Shown in pieces: positions 51,976 to 63,534 of a DNA stretch of 64,000 bases; the stretch's first letter is position 1; every line of letters begins with the position of its first letter. The notes under the pieces are model-generated. The model saw nothing but the letters and a program-made list of their open reading frames with translations. It was not told the DNA's origin and did no database searches. Source of the stretch: Nitrosopumilus sp. Lineage in GTDB: Archaea; Thermoproteota; Nitrososphaeria; Nitrososphaerales; Nitrosopumilaceae. Made by a program: the position numbers and the translations under genes. The stretch spans positions 1,120,001 through 1,184,000 of the forward strand of contig OZ242041.1 in the NCBI GenBank assembly GCA_965205215.1. Direction: 5' to 3'.

Positions 51976-53676
51976 ATGACTGGCACGCGGGATGCCGCAA
52001 AGGCGACGGCGGAAGGCCCACGCGACGACGGCCGCGGCAGCGGCGGCAACAGCAGCAGCAGCCGCGACAGGAGCGGGGACGTCATCGGACACGGGACGTG
52101 GCTTGACAAGCTTGCATACGAGCTTGTGCGCCGCGAGGAGTCGCTTGGGCGCGACACCGGCATGATTGTAGTCGAGAGCGGGCTTGGCGCCTCTGGCATT
52201 CCCCACATAGGCAGCCTGGGTGACGCGGCCAGGGCCTACGGCGTCAAGCTGGCGCTGGGCAACCTCGGATACGACTCAAAGCTGATCGCCTACTCTGATG
52301 ACTTGGACGGGCTGCGGAAGGTGCCCGACGGACTGCCGGCCTCGCTTGAGGAGCACCTGGCAAAACCCGTCTCGCTCATTCCGGATCCGTTCTCGTGCCA
52401 CGACTCGTACGGCATGCACATGAGCAGCATACTGCTCGACGGGCTTGACAGGGTCGGCATCGAGTACGAGTTTAGGCGGGCATACGACACGTACAGGCAG
52501 GGGCTGCTCAGAGACCAGATTCACGCCATACTGTGCCGCAGCGCCGAGATCGGCGAGAAGATTGCCGAGATGGTAGGCCAGTCAAAGTACCAGATGTCGC
52601 TGCCGTACTTTCCGGTGTGCGAGTCGTGCAGCAGGCTCTACACGGCGCAGGCCGTATCATACGACGAGTCGGCGCGCGCGGTATACTACGAGTGCCGCGA
52701 CACCCAGATGGCCGGCCGCGCCATATCCGGATGCGGCCATTCGGGCTGCGCCAAGATCGACGGGGGCTCTCTTGGCAAGCTCGCCTGGAAGGTGGAGTTT
52801 GCCGCCCGGTGGGCCGCATTTGACGTCAGGTTCGAGGCATACGGCAAGGACATAATGGACTCTGTAAGGGTCAACGACTGGGTGGCCGAGCACGTGCTGG
52901 GGTACGCGCATCCACACCACACCAAATACGAGATGTTCCTTGACAAGGGCGGCAAGAAGATATCAAAGTCTGCAGGCAACGTACTGACGGCGCAAAGGTG
53001 GCTGGAGTTCGGCTCCCCGCAGTCCATACTGCTGCTGCTGTACAAGAGAATCGCAGGCGCGCGCGAGCTTGGCATACGCGAGGACGTGCCCTCCCTCATG
53101 GACGAGTTCAACGAACTCGAGGACGTCTACTTTGGGCGCGTCCGGAAGGAGCTGCGCGGAAACCCCGCCAAGCTTGCCAAGGCCAGGGGGCTGTACCTTT
53201 ATGCAAGCCTGCTCAGGCCGCCAGAGCGCCCCGGCGCGCACGTCGGGTACATGCTTGCCGCGAAGCTTGCAAGGGTGTACAGGACAGACCGGATCAGGCG
53301 CGTCGTGGAAAAACTGCTCGAGTACGGGACCATACCGGAACCCTCGCCGGAGGTGGAGGAACTCGTACGCCTTGCCGGCAACTACGCCGACGAGTTTGAC
53401 GAGGGGGGCGGATCCGCTGAGATTACGGTTGACGACAACATGCGCGCGGCGCTCGGAAGCATTGCGCGCATGCTAGACTCCGGGAGCGGGACCCCCGATG
53501 ACATCCAGACGGGCATATACGACGCGGCAAAGTCGTGCGGAGTCCAGCCAAAGGACGTATTTGCCGCCCTGTACCAGATAATACTGGGGAGCCGCCGCGG
53601 GCCGCGGCTGGGCCCGTTCATAGCCGACATCGGGGAGGCCCGGGTGTCAAAGATGATAACGGAGCGCGTGAGCTGA
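51976..53676 (+). CDS. lysS: Class I lysyl-tRNA synthetase
   Basis: 'SGIPHIG', 'KLAWKVEF', 'KISKSAGN', 'GPRLG'. Confidence 0.96.
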   Translation: MTGTRDAAKATAEGPRDDGRGSGGNSSSSRDRSGDVIGHGTWLDKLAYELVRREESLGRDTGMIVVESGLGASGIPHIGSLGDAARAYGVKLALGNLGYDSKLIAYSDDLDGLRKVPDGLPASLEEHLAKPVSLIPDPFSCHDSYGMHMSSILLDGLDRVGIEYEFRRAYDTYRQGLLRDQIHAILCRSAEIGEKIAEMVGQSKYQMSLPYFPVCESCSRLYTAQAVSYDESARAVYYECRDTQMAGRAISGCGHSGCAKIDGGSLGKLAWKVEFAARWAAFDVRFEAYGKDIMDSVRVNDWVAEHVLGYAHPHHTKYEMFLDKGGKKISKSAGNVLTAQRWLEFGSPQSILLLLYKRIAGARELGIREDVPSLMDEFNELEDVYFGRVRKELRGNPAKLAKARGLYLYASLLRPPERPGAHVGYMLAAKLARVYRTDRIRRVVEKLLEYGTIPEPSPEVEELVRLAGNYADEFDEGGGSAEITVDDNMRAALGSIARMLDSGSGTPDDIQTGIYDAAKSCGVQPKDVFAALYQIILGSRRGPRLGPFIADIGEARVSKMITERVS

Positions 53677-53677
53677 G

Positions 53678-53875
53678 ATGGTCCACTCCGAACACAACCG
53701 CTCAAGAAACGGCGGGTGGTTTGCGCTGATAATACTGGGGGCAGTCCTGCTCTTTCTGGCGCCTACAATACACCCCGAGGAGCCTGAGATGGGAGTGGCC
53801 GCGTTTGCGGCGGGGCTGGTGATAGGAGGCCTGGGGTTCTTCCTGCGCTTTGTGAGGGGCAGGAAGCGGGACTGA
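53678..53875 (+). CDS. Small two-TM membrane protein
   Basis: Starts 1 bp after the lysS stop. Two hydrophobic segments. Confidence 0.7.
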   Translation: MVHSEHNRSRNGGWFALIILGAVLLFLAPTIHPEEPEMGVAAFAAGLVIGGLGFFLRFVRGRKRD

Positions 53876-53931
53876 CTGGCCGGCCGGCGGTAAATGGCAA
53901 GATTCATTTTTCAGTGAGCAGGTGGCACGTC

Positions 53932-55224
<1,293 letters not shown>

Positions 55225-55249
55225 ACGGATCCAGCGACCGTCTCTGCTG

Positions 55250-55747
55250 CTATGACTCTGCAAGGCGCGCACCCCACTTCTTTCTCACCTCTTCCTCAGT
55301 CGCGCCCATGTCATACAGCGGGGACGTCACGCTGGATATTCTCGACACCTCTACGGCGATGACTGCGCGTATCTTGCTCCTGATTCCCATCCTCTCGTAC
55401 ATTCCACGGGCCCTTCTGAGCATGTCGGCGTCCCGTATGACTGAGGCCGTGCCCTCAAACAGGTACCCCTTGCGCAGGACGGGGTCGATCGAGCTGATCT
55501 CCACGCTGTCGTTCTCCTCTATGTTCCTGACCGTGTCCGGGGATCGGATGTCCGCGAAAATCAGCGTGCTCTCGTCCCATCTTGCTATGGTGCCTTTTGG
55601 CGAGACGTTGGGCTTGCAGCCGGGGCCGATCGTCGCGACGTATCCGAGCCTCTGCTTGTCAAGAAAGGCCGAGATCTCGTCTGTTATGATGCGTGCACCG
55701 GTGCGGCTTGCTGGGTCTGGCGGCATGTCCTGCTCCGATCCCATCAT
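55250..55747 (-). CDS. Pyridoxamine 5'-phosphate oxidase-like FMN-binding protein
   Basis: 'YVAT....KPNVSPKG...LIFADIRS..TVRNI..N'. Confidence 0.88.
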   Translation of the reverse strand: MMGSEQDMPPDPASRTGARIITDEISAFLDKQRLGYVATIGPGCKPNVSPKGTIARWDESTLIFADIRSPDTVRNIEENDSVEISSIDPVLRKGYLFEGTASVIRDADMLRRARGMYERMGIRSKIRAVIAVEVSRISSVTSPLYDMGATEEEVRKKWGARLAES

Positions 55748-56012
55748 TCGCGCAAAATCGTGACGGCATTCCTCGTAGCCAGTGCCGCCGCCCCTGCCGG
55801 TGCGCGCATCAGCGCATGACCTCTGCCATATACTGGGAGAAGAAGAAGAATCCTATGCCGCCGCCTATTATTGCAACCCACGCGGCGATCTGCTTTGCCC
55901 TTGACATGGCAGACGTGCGGACTCGTCATTATTGAATCTAGAGACTGGCATGTGCGGCGCAGCGGGCCCCGCCTCACTACAGTCTAATTGGGCCTGCGAG
56001 GGTGCCAGTCTG

Positions 56013-56204
56013 TTGCCAGTGGGAATAAGAAGCGTCGGCCGGTTCTTTCTCTTCATTGCAGGCGGCATCGCCGTAATTATAGTGGGTTTTTTCATGTTGA
56101 GGGGAAACATGAGAATGTGGGACAGGTCCAAGCCGGATGCCGGCGATGATGATGATGATAATGATGCAGCCGCTACCACTACTGCTGCTGCTGATGACGA
56201 TTAG
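56013..56204 (+). CDS. Small single-TM protein with acidic tail
   Basis: 'FFLFIAGGIAVIIVGFFML' followed by poly-Asp. Start uncertain. Confidence 0.5.
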   Translation: MPVGIRSVGRFFLFIAGGIAVIIVGFFMLRGNMRMWDRSKPDAGDDDDDNDAAATTTAAADDD

Positions 56205-56394
56205 GGCGATGATTCTGGTGGTGACGTCGATGGTGGCGCCGGTAATGGCAGCGGCAAGTCGATTGAGTAAAGGGAAGATGCGCCGGTTTACGGCATTGGT
56301 TCCAAGGCGGCAGGCGGTATTAGCGCGCTGATTGGAGCGTGCAATGTGCCTTTTGTGACAAAACCCCTAAAAGAGAACGCCGCATATTATAGTA

Positions 56395-56700
56395 ATGCGG
56401 CTTGATTCGGCGGCGCGGAGATCCCTTGACTCGTACGTGCAGCGGCGCATACTGGAGATACCGGGCGAGATCAGGCAGTCTTTTCCGAGCGCGGGGCGCA
56501 TATGGAAGTGCGGCAGCGAGCCTGACTTTCTGTATGGATACTACATTGGCAAGATAGAGGAGGGCTCGCTGCGGTACCTGCTAAAGGCCACTAGGGCGCC
56601 GGGGGGCGGATACTTGGACATGTTTGAGATCCGGGGGGTGATAGAGTCGCACCGGGTGGAGATCAGGGCCGCCGTCGACTCGGCCTTGACAGTGAGGTAA
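56395..56700 (+). CDS. Conserved thaumarchaeal hypothetical protein
   Basis: 'WKC..E.DFLYGYYIG...FEIR..IE'. Confidence 0.75.
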   Translation: MRLDSAARRSLDSYVQRRILEIPGEIRQSFPSAGRIWKCGSEPDFLYGYYIGKIEEGSLRYLLKATRAPGGGYLDMFEIRGVIESHRVEIRAAVDSALTVR

Positions 56701-56727
56701 AAATACAAGCACGTGCAACCGTGCCGT

Positions 56728-56901
56728 ATGGTGGGACCGCAGGACGGAGGATTTGGATTCGACCAGTCCCGCAAGTACAGCAGCGTCGACAACCTAGATG
56801 AGATCTGCGTGCAGTGCCAGGCGGGCCAGCACAAGCGCTGCCTCAAAAAGGCGGGCCAGCAAGAAGTATGCGAATGCGAGCAGTGCATGATATTTGGCTG
56901 A
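56728..56901 (+). CDS. Small Cys/His-rich metal-binding protein
   Basis: CVQC...H..C...CECEQC. TAAAAATA box ~25 bp upstream. Confidence 0.65.
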   Translation: MVGPQDGGFGFDQSRKYSSVDNLDEICVQCQAGQHKRCLKKAGQQEVCECEQCMIFG

Positions 56902-57220
56902 TCCGGAACCTGCATTCCTTGCGCGGCCGGGATGTCCCATGCGCAGTGCGGCCAGAGGCCACGGCACGTTCCGCTGCCGCCGGTGATTCCGACAACCGTG
57001 GTAATCCCGGGCAGCCGACTGGGCCAAAAGGAACGTGCTAAAATGCGCCGTGCCGCGTGACAGGGGATCAGGGTGAAAAGTAACCGTCGTCACATTTTTC
57101 CTCCCTCCACTTTTGGCGCAAGCGTACGCCGCCTGTGGTGACAGCAGAACTGCGCGGAAACTAACGAGTTACGGCTCTGTCTAGTTTCATGCTTTAATAC
57201 TATGGAACCGCATGTATCTC

Positions 57221-57391
57221 GTGCCAGACGACCAAGCGCGCGCCCAGAGCACGCAGCGGGCCGCATCCCCCTACGTGTTTGAATGCACGTTCTGCGGCAA
57301 GGTCTTTGGCTCTGACGTGATGGGACTGGCCCTTCACATAGGCCGCGCCCACGATCGTACGCGTACGCACCGGCGGCGAGCCTCGGGATAA
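57221..57391 (+). CDS. C2H2 zinc-finger microprotein (56 aa, below the ORF-track cutoff)
   Basis: 'FECTFCGKVFGSDVMGLALHIGRAH'. TTTAATA box at 57193. Confidence 0.7.
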   Translation: MPDDQARAQSTQRAASPYVFECTFCGKVFGSDVMGLALHIGRAHDRTRTHRRRASG

Positions 57392-57454
57392 TCTCTGAAA
57401 ATGCGACGGGCTATTTGCCGCAAGTCGTAGAGCGGGCGCGTAAAACTCCTGCAG

Positions 57455-57994
57455 TCATGGAGCGTCTGGCGCGGCCGGAGAGGCTGCGCCGGTACCGCCG
57501 CCGTTTCTTGCCCCTAGAATCTTGTCTATCTCGTTTACTGCAACGCCGTCCCTTCCTATGGTGTCGAATTTCTGCAGTATGTCCTCAAACTGAGCCTCCT
57601 CGTGCACCTGCTCCTTTACAAACCAGCTCAAAAAGTCAAACGTGGCATAGTCACCGCCCTTTTGTGCGGCCTGGGCCATCTTGTGTATGGCCTTTGTGAC
57701 GGCCTGCTCGTTTTTGAGGGCCGCCTTGACCAGATCCTCGACTGATTTGAACGACGCTACGGACGGCTTGTCGATCTTTGGGATGACGGCCCCCGCACCT
57801 ATGGTGTTCATGTAGTTGACTATTCTCAGCATGTGGCCCCGCTCCTCGGCCGACTGGGCGTAGAAGTAGGATGCGGTCCCCGGATATCCTGCAAGCTCCG
57901 CCCACGAGGCCATTGCCAGGTATGAGTGGGATGCGGCCGCCTCGAGAGCAACCTGATCGTCGAGCTGCTTTTTCATTGCCGGCGATATTTTCAT
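57455..57994 (-). CDS. ftnA: Ferritin (non-haem, FtnA-like)
   Basis: 'Q...E....YL.MASW', 'QSAEERGH', 'E..VT..I', 'FL.WFV.EQ..EE'. Confidence 0.93.
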   Translation of the reverse strand: MKISPAMKKQLDDQVALEAAASHSYLAMASWAELAGYPGTASYFYAQSAEERGHMLRIVNYMNTIGAGAVIPKIDKPSVASFKSVEDLVKAALKNEQAVTKAIHKMAQAAQKGGDYATFDFLSWFVKEQVHEEAQFEDILQKFDTIGRDGVAVNEIDKILGARNGGGTGAASPAAPDAP

Positions 57995-58226
57995 AGATGT
58001 GCCACTTGTCACGTCGATAAAAAGGATTCGAAGGGGTAACCTCGTATCCAAGCTAAGGCAGGGCTCTGCAGTAAAACGGCTGTTTCTGAGTGATGGTGCG
58101 GCGTTCTTTTATGATGCTGTGCACACTGCAGGCATAGGCCAGCCCTGTGGCAACACGCAAGGTTCGTGGCACTGCCCCGCCCAATGGTCGGTAACGAATA
58201 TCATGCGGCCTTTTTTTATTTTCACC

Positions 58227-58505
58227 ATGAAAAGCAAAAGGCTGCTTTTTGCAGGTTTGGCACCAATGTCAGTAGGCATAGCATTGTCATTACGGCCATA
58301 CAATCCTGAACGGTTCAGAACCGTTCACGAGTTTACAGTGCAGTGCCATATGCGTTCGGAGCATTTTCTTGAGGCTTTTGGAGGAACGCTTGCGGAGGCT
58401 GATTGGTGCCTTCACAATACCGGTTTGTCTGTGCTGCTCTATGCAGTTATTGGCTTGGGGTGTTTTCTAGTTTACAGGTCTAGATTGATCAACCCAAAGC
58501 ACTAA
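58227..58505 (+). CDS. Small hypothetical membrane protein, lower GC
   Basis: Two hydrophobic ends. Not recognised. Confidence 0.4.
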   Translation: MKSKRLLFAGLAPMSVGIALSLRPYNPERFRTVHEFTVQCHMRSEHFLEAFGGTLAEADWCLHNTGLSVLLYAVIGLGCFLVYRSRLINPKH

Positions 58506-58627
58506 CAGCATGTCAGATGTCATACCCGTGGGGGAAGATGCTTGCTGCGTCTTGTATGGTGATCTTCCATTTGTTGCTGCCTGCCATCCTGGCGCGCGCC
58601 CGCGGCCCCGCCCCCCTCGGCACCCGG

Positions 58628-59311
58628 CTACAGGTCCTCGAGGTTGTCTTTGAGGTTTGAGCTTGACACGTCGGGCATCGGCGACTCTATCCTGACTATC
58701 TCCACGTCAAGCCCCAGTTTTCTGCAGCCGTTCTCGATGTCCTCCTTTCTGTGCGCCTGGTCGTATCCGAGCGCTATGATGTCGGGCCTTATCGCCCTCA
58801 CGGTGTCAAAGATGCTCCCCTCCGCCCCGATGACGCACGCGTCCACCGTCCTGATCATGCTTACGAGGTACTGGCGTATGTCCTCGGCATGGCGCAGCGG
58901 GGCTTTCCTCTTGCTCCTTCTTGCCGTGCTGTCGGATGCGACCACAACCACCAGCATGTCGCCTAGGGATCTTGCCGCTTCTAGCATGTGCACGTGGCCG
59001 TGGTGTATGATGTCGAACACGCCCCCGGTGAGCACCACCGTGAGGGCGGCGCGGCCGCCCGCCGTCACCCTTGCGTCCTCCGTTATGAGGCCCCGCCGCA
59101 CCAGGCTCTTGATGCGCTCCTCTGTCTCCGACTCTGAAAAGATCTCTGACATTGCATAGCGTGGGTCTGTCATTGTCATGCTACACGCGTGTATGATGCG
59201 CAGCGTGCTCTTGTCATCACGGCTGATCTCGGATTTTTGTCCTGTGTCGGTGCGCGGTTCCGGCCCCGCAGTTTTGTAATGCTGCTTGTCATCATCCGAT
59301 GACTGTTTCAT
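58628..59311 (-). CDS. ribL: Cytidylyltransferase-family protein, archaeal FAD synthetase-like, with N-terminal extension
   Basis: 'GGVFDIIHHGH', 'LVVVVA.D', 'PDIIALGYDQ', 'SSS'. Confidence 0.8.
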   Translation of the reverse strand: MKQSSDDDKQHYKTAGPEPRTDTGQKSEISRDDKSTLRIIHACSMTMTDPRYAMSEIFSESETEERIKSLVRRGLITEDARVTAGGRAALTVVLTGGVFDIIHHGHVHMLEAARSLGDMLVVVVASDSTARRSKRKAPLRHAEDIRQYLVSMIRTVDACVIGAEGSIFDTVRAIRPDIIALGYDQAHRKEDIENGCRKLGLDVEIVRIESPMPDVSSSNLKDNLEDL

Positions 59312-59662
59312 CGCAGTGCGGAGTCACGCATCCAATAAATAGCTTCATGGCTCTGCCGCCGTTTCTGGGTGGCTCCGCGCGTATGGCGCGTTTTGGCAGG
59401 ATCCTAAATATACACATACATTTTGCATGAATCATGTGGGTAGCTCGCGTGCGGGCCTGCCGTTACTCGCGCATGCCGCGGGGGTGGCGTCTGCGCCCTG
59501 TCAAGGATATACGCGCGCGGCAACGGTACCTTTGCAATGAGAGGACAGCGGCAGTCGGCCCCGGCCCCGGTTCGGCCGTTGACTCAACCCCAAAGGTAAT
59601 AACCCGCGCCGTTGCAGGCAGCGCTGGGTGCCGATGATGGAATCGGAAAAGCCTTCTGAGGC

Positions 59663-60466
59663 ATGATGAGGATTATGAGTGATGAGGCACCTCTCTCAAC
59701 GGATGCGCACCGCCCCCTGCCCCGCACGCGCGCGCCGCCTGATTCGGGCCGCGCACCCGAGAAAGGGCTGAGGCTGGCGTCCATGTTCTCCGGCGGCAAG
59801 GACAGCGCGTATGCCGCGTACGATGCGCAGGCGCAGGGACACGAGGTCGCGTGCCTCGTGTCGGCGTTTGCCAAATCCGAGGAGAGCATGCTGCTGCACA
59901 GCCCGAACATCCGGTGGGTGGGGCTGCAGGCCGAGGCCATGCGCGGCGCGCCGCCCCTGCTGTCCCTGGAGGTCGGATCCGATGACACGCAGCGGGAGCT
60001 GGACGCTCTAATGCTGCTGCTGCGGAGGGCAAAGCGCGAGCACGGCGTGCAGGGCGTGGTGCACGGCGGCATCAGGAGCGAGTTTCAGAGGTCGAGGTTT
60101 GCCAAGGTCTGCGACGCGCTGGGGCTCGCGGTAGTCTCACCGTTGTGGATGCGCGAGCCGGCCGGGCAGTACATGCGCCGCGTGCTGGACGCGGGGTTCG
60201 CGGCCATAATAACCGCCGTCTCGGCAGGCGGGCTTGACGGCTCGTGGCTGGGGCGGAGCATCACCCCGGACTCACTTGCCGAGCTGCACGCCCTGTCTGA
60301 AAGGCACGGCTTTGCGCTCGACTTTGAGGGCGGCGAGGCCGAGACGTTCGTTCTGGACTGCCCGCTGTTTGAGAGTCCCATCGAGATACTCGACTATGAC
60401 ACGGTCTGGGACGGGTACAGAGGAAGGTTTGAAATATTGGACGCGAGGATAATGCGCCATGCTTGA
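59663..60466 (+). CDS. dph6: Diphthine-ammonia ligase (PP-loop)
   Basis: 'FSGGKDS', 'SPLW', 'FEGGEAET.VLD.PLF'. Confidence 0.9.
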   Translation: MMRIMSDEAPLSTDAHRPLPRTRAPPDSGRAPEKGLRLASMFSGGKDSAYAAYDAQAQGHEVACLVSAFAKSEESMLLHSPNIRWVGLQAEAMRGAPPLLSLEVGSDDTQRELDALMLLLRRAKREHGVQGVVHGGIRSEFQRSRFAKVCDALGLAVVSPLWMREPAGQYMRRVLDAGFAAIITAVSAGGLDGSWLGRSITPDSLAELHALSERHGFALDFEGGEAETFVLDCPLFESPIEILDYDTVWDGYRGRFEILDARIMRHA

Positions 60467-61793
60467 CGGGCTAAAGGAGAACTTGGGGGCTGCCCTCAAA
60501 AAGGTGCTAAGGTCCTCCACCGTGGACAAGGAGCTGATAGACGAGCTTGCCAAGGACGTGCAGAGGGCGCTCATACAGTCCGACGTCAAAGTGGGGCTCA
60601 TACTGGAGGTGACAGAGCGGCTCAAGGAGCGCGCGCTGGGCGAGGATCTCCCGCCCGGATTCTCAAGGAAGAACCACCTCGTAAAGATACTGCACGACGA
60701 GCTGGCGGGCCTTCTGGGCGGGGACTCGGAGTTTGAGTTCCAGTCCGGCAAACAGAACAAGGTGCTGCTGCTTGGAATACAGGGGAGCGGCAAGACCACG
60801 ATTGCCTCGAAGCTGTCCCGGCTGCTGACGCGGCAGGGCTACAAGGTGGGGGTGATCGGGGCCGACACGTACAGACCGGGCGCGCTCGTGCAGCTGCGCA
60901 CGATGTGCGAGAAGGCGGGAGTCGAGGTGTACGGCGAGGAGAAGAACGACGACGCGGTCGCGGTGGTCGGGAACGGGCTGCGGCACTTTGAGCGGGAGCC
61001 GCTTGACATCATATTGATTGATACGGCGGGCCGCCACAAGCAGGAGCAGGACCTGCTTGACGAGATGAGCCGCATAGGCGCGGTCGCGTCGCCGGACATG
61101 GCGATGCTTGTCATAGACGGCACGATAGGGCAGCAGTGCTTTGGGCAGGCGGAGGCGTTTCACAAGGCGATACCCGTGGGCGGCATCATAATCACCAAGA
61201 TGGACAGCTCTGCCAAGGGGGGCGGGGCCCTCGCCGCCGCGGCCGCGACCGGGGCCCACGTGATGTACATCGGGACCGGTGAGCGCATAGACGATCTTGA
61301 AAAGTTCTCCTCATCGGGCTTTGTCGGCAGGCTGCTTGGGATCGGGGACGTGCAGGCCATTCTGGAACACTTCAAGCGCATAGAGGACGAGTCTGACGAG
61401 GTCAGGATGAAGCGGATAATGGGGGGCAAGATGAACATGGAGGATTACTTTTACCAGCTCGAGGAATTCACAAAGTCCGGCTCCATGCGGGGCATGCTTG
61501 AGAACCTGCCCGGATTCTCCGGGGCCGGCCCGGATCAGCTCGACAAGGTGGACAAGCTGGAGGAGAACATCGAGAGGTGGAGGTACATCATGCAGAGCAT
61601 GACCCCCGCCGAAAAGGCCGATCCGGATCTGATAAAGAATGCGTCCCGGACGCAGCGCATAGCTCGCGGATCCGGGAGGCCTGACTCGGAGGTGAAGAAC
61701 CTCCTCAAGACGTACAAAACGTCAAAGAACATGATGAAGGCCGCCAAGGGGCGCGCCATGCGCGACATGCTCAAGCGGATGGGGATTGGGTAG
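60459..61793 (+). CDS. srp54: Signal recognition particle GTPase SRP54
   Basis: 'GIQGSGKTT', 'DTYRPGA', 'DTAGRH', 'TKMD', M-domain 'RIARGSG'. Confidence 0.97.
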   Translation: MLDGLKENLGAALKKVLRSSTVDKELIDELAKDVQRALIQSDVKVGLILEVTERLKERALGEDLPPGFSRKNHLVKILHDELAGLLGGDSEFEFQSGKQNKVLLLGIQGSGKTTIASKLSRLLTRQGYKVGVIGADTYRPGALVQLRTMCEKAGVEVYGEEKNDDAVAVVGNGLRHFEREPLDIILIDTAGRHKQEQDLLDEMSRIGAVASPDMAMLVIDGTIGQQCFGQAEAFHKAIPVGGIIITKMDSSAKGGGALAAAAATGAHVMYIGTGERIDDLEKFSSSGFVGRLLGIGDVQAILEHFKRIEDESDEVRMKRIMGGKMNMEDYFYQLEEFTKSGSMRGMLENLPGFSGAGPDQLDKVDKLEENIERWRYIMQSMTPAEKADPDLIKNASRTQRIARGSGRPDSEVKNLLKTYKTSKNMMKAAKGRAMRDMLKRMGIG

Positions 61794-61935
61794 CGGTGCG
61801 TATTGTCGCAAGCGGGGGCCGGCGGGACAGGGGCTGGGGTAACAGCAGCAGCAGCAACCGCAGCCGCAGCCGCAACAGCGTCGGCGGCATCAGAGTACAT
61901 GATGCTGAAAAGTACCTGCGGAGGCAGCGCGCGGC

Positions 61936-63288
61936 GTGAAGCCCGACGTGCCCGACCCGCGGGATGCCGCCCGCTCAAAGGCGTCCGTACTGCTTGGCAG
62001 GCATGCCCTGTGCGATCACTGCCTTGGCAGGCTCTTTGCAAGGGGCCCCGGGCTGGCATCATACGAGCCGTCCGGCAGGAGGCTGCGCGGCTCGCTAGAG
62101 GCCGTAGCAGACGGCCCCTCCGCCCAGTGCTATGTCTGCCGCGGGCTCTTTGACAGTCTGCCGGACATGCTTGACCTGATGGAAACGACCGTTGCAGAGT
62201 ACGAGTTTGACACTTTTGCCGTGGGGGCCACGATCAAGCCCTCCATTCTCGACAGGGACGACCACGTGCGTTCCGTGTACAGGCTGCAGGGATCCGACTG
62301 CATAAAGACGGGGCTCGTAAGGGAGCTCGGAGGCCGGTTTGCCAGGATGACGCGCCGCCGGCAAGACCGGCACGAGCCTGAGGTGCTGATCAAGGTGCAG
62401 CCCGCGGACCGGTACTGCGAGGTGAGCCCAAAGCCGGTCGCGGTCTTTGGAACGTACCTCAAGCAGAAGAGGGGCGTCCCGCAAAAACAAGAGGCGTGCA
62501 CCAGCTGCCTTGGCAGGGGGTGCTCGACGTGCGGGTTTCACGGAATACCCGCATGCGGGGAAAGCGTGGAGGGGCAGATATCGGACCTCCTGTTTGACCG
62601 GCTGGGGGGCAGAACGATCCGCTTTACCTGGATTGGCGGCGAGGACAGGGAGAGCCTGGTTGCAGGGCGCGGCAGGCCGTTTTACGCCCGCATACAGCGT
62701 CCAAAAAGGAGGCGCGTACGGATATCCCGGAGCGTGCCGCTCGGTCACGGCGTTCTGGTAAGCCGACTGCGAGATGTCGCCGCGTCCGATGCGGGGCCCC
62801 TGGCCTTCTCGTCGCGCGCAAGGATACAGGTCAGGATGACGCCTCGCGCGTTTGTAGAAACTGAGAACGATGCCGCCGCCGACGGCAGCTACAACGACGA
62901 CCCCGGCAGTGGGGGCGGCGATGAGGGCGGCGCCGGTGCAGGCCCACCGGCCTCCACTCCTGTCGCACCCGACGCGGCCGGCCCGTCCCTGCTTCGGAGG
63001 CTGAGGCGACTTGCCGACCTCCCGCTGATGATCCGCACCAAGAACGGCCGCGAAGCCGTAAAGTCCATAACGCGCCTCACATACAGGAAGAAGGGGACGG
63101 ATTCGTTTGTAGTAACGGCCGACCTGGACGGGGGGATTCCCATAAAACGGCTGGTTACGGGGGACGGGGTCCGGCCCAGCATATCCGAGGTGCTGGGCGT
63201 TCAGTGCGAGTGCGTGCTGTTTGACTTTGAGGACGTGTGGCTGCGTGACGGCCCCGCGGACACCCCTTCAGGCGCACGCGACGCCTGA
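61936..63288 (+). CDS. pus10: Pus10-like tRNA pseudouridine synthase
   Basis: 'LCDHCLGR', 'C.VC', 'G.Y.K..RG.PQ', 'WIGGED', 'GRPF', 'DGG.PIK.LV.G'. Confidence 0.85.
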   Translation: MKPDVPDPRDAARSKASVLLGRHALCDHCLGRLFARGPGLASYEPSGRRLRGSLEAVADGPSAQCYVCRGLFDSLPDMLDLMETTVAEYEFDTFAVGATIKPSILDRDDHVRSVYRLQGSDCIKTGLVRELGGRFARMTRRRQDRHEPEVLIKVQPADRYCEVSPKPVAVFGTYLKQKRGVPQKQEACTSCLGRGCSTCGFHGIPACGESVEGQISDLLFDRLGGRTIRFTWIGGEDRESLVAGRGRPFYARIQRPKRRRVRISRSVPLGHGVLVSRLRDVAASDAGPLAFSSRARIQVRMTPRAFVETENDAAADGSYNDDPGSGGGDEGGAGAGPPASTPVAPDAAGPSLLRRLRRLADLPLMIRTKNGREAVKSITRLTYRKKGTDSFVVTADLDGGIPIKRLVTGDGVRPSISEVLGVQCECVLFDFEDVWLRDGPADTPSGARDA

Positions 63289-63534
63289 CTGACACCTGAC
63301 GGCGGCGCCTGCACGGATCCTGCTTGGCGCGCAATGGCAACAATTAACTGTCGGACATCCTGGCGCAGTGCATGACAAAGAGGAAACGCGGCAAGCACCA
63401 GAGGCACGCGGACCAGATGGCCGCCACGCGCAGGAGAAAAACGTCCGGCAAGCCAAAGGCCTGACAATACGTGGGGCCCGTACGGCCGCTGCGCATGCAA
63501 GCTTTTTTACGTGCATCGCCGCTCTGCCACACAG

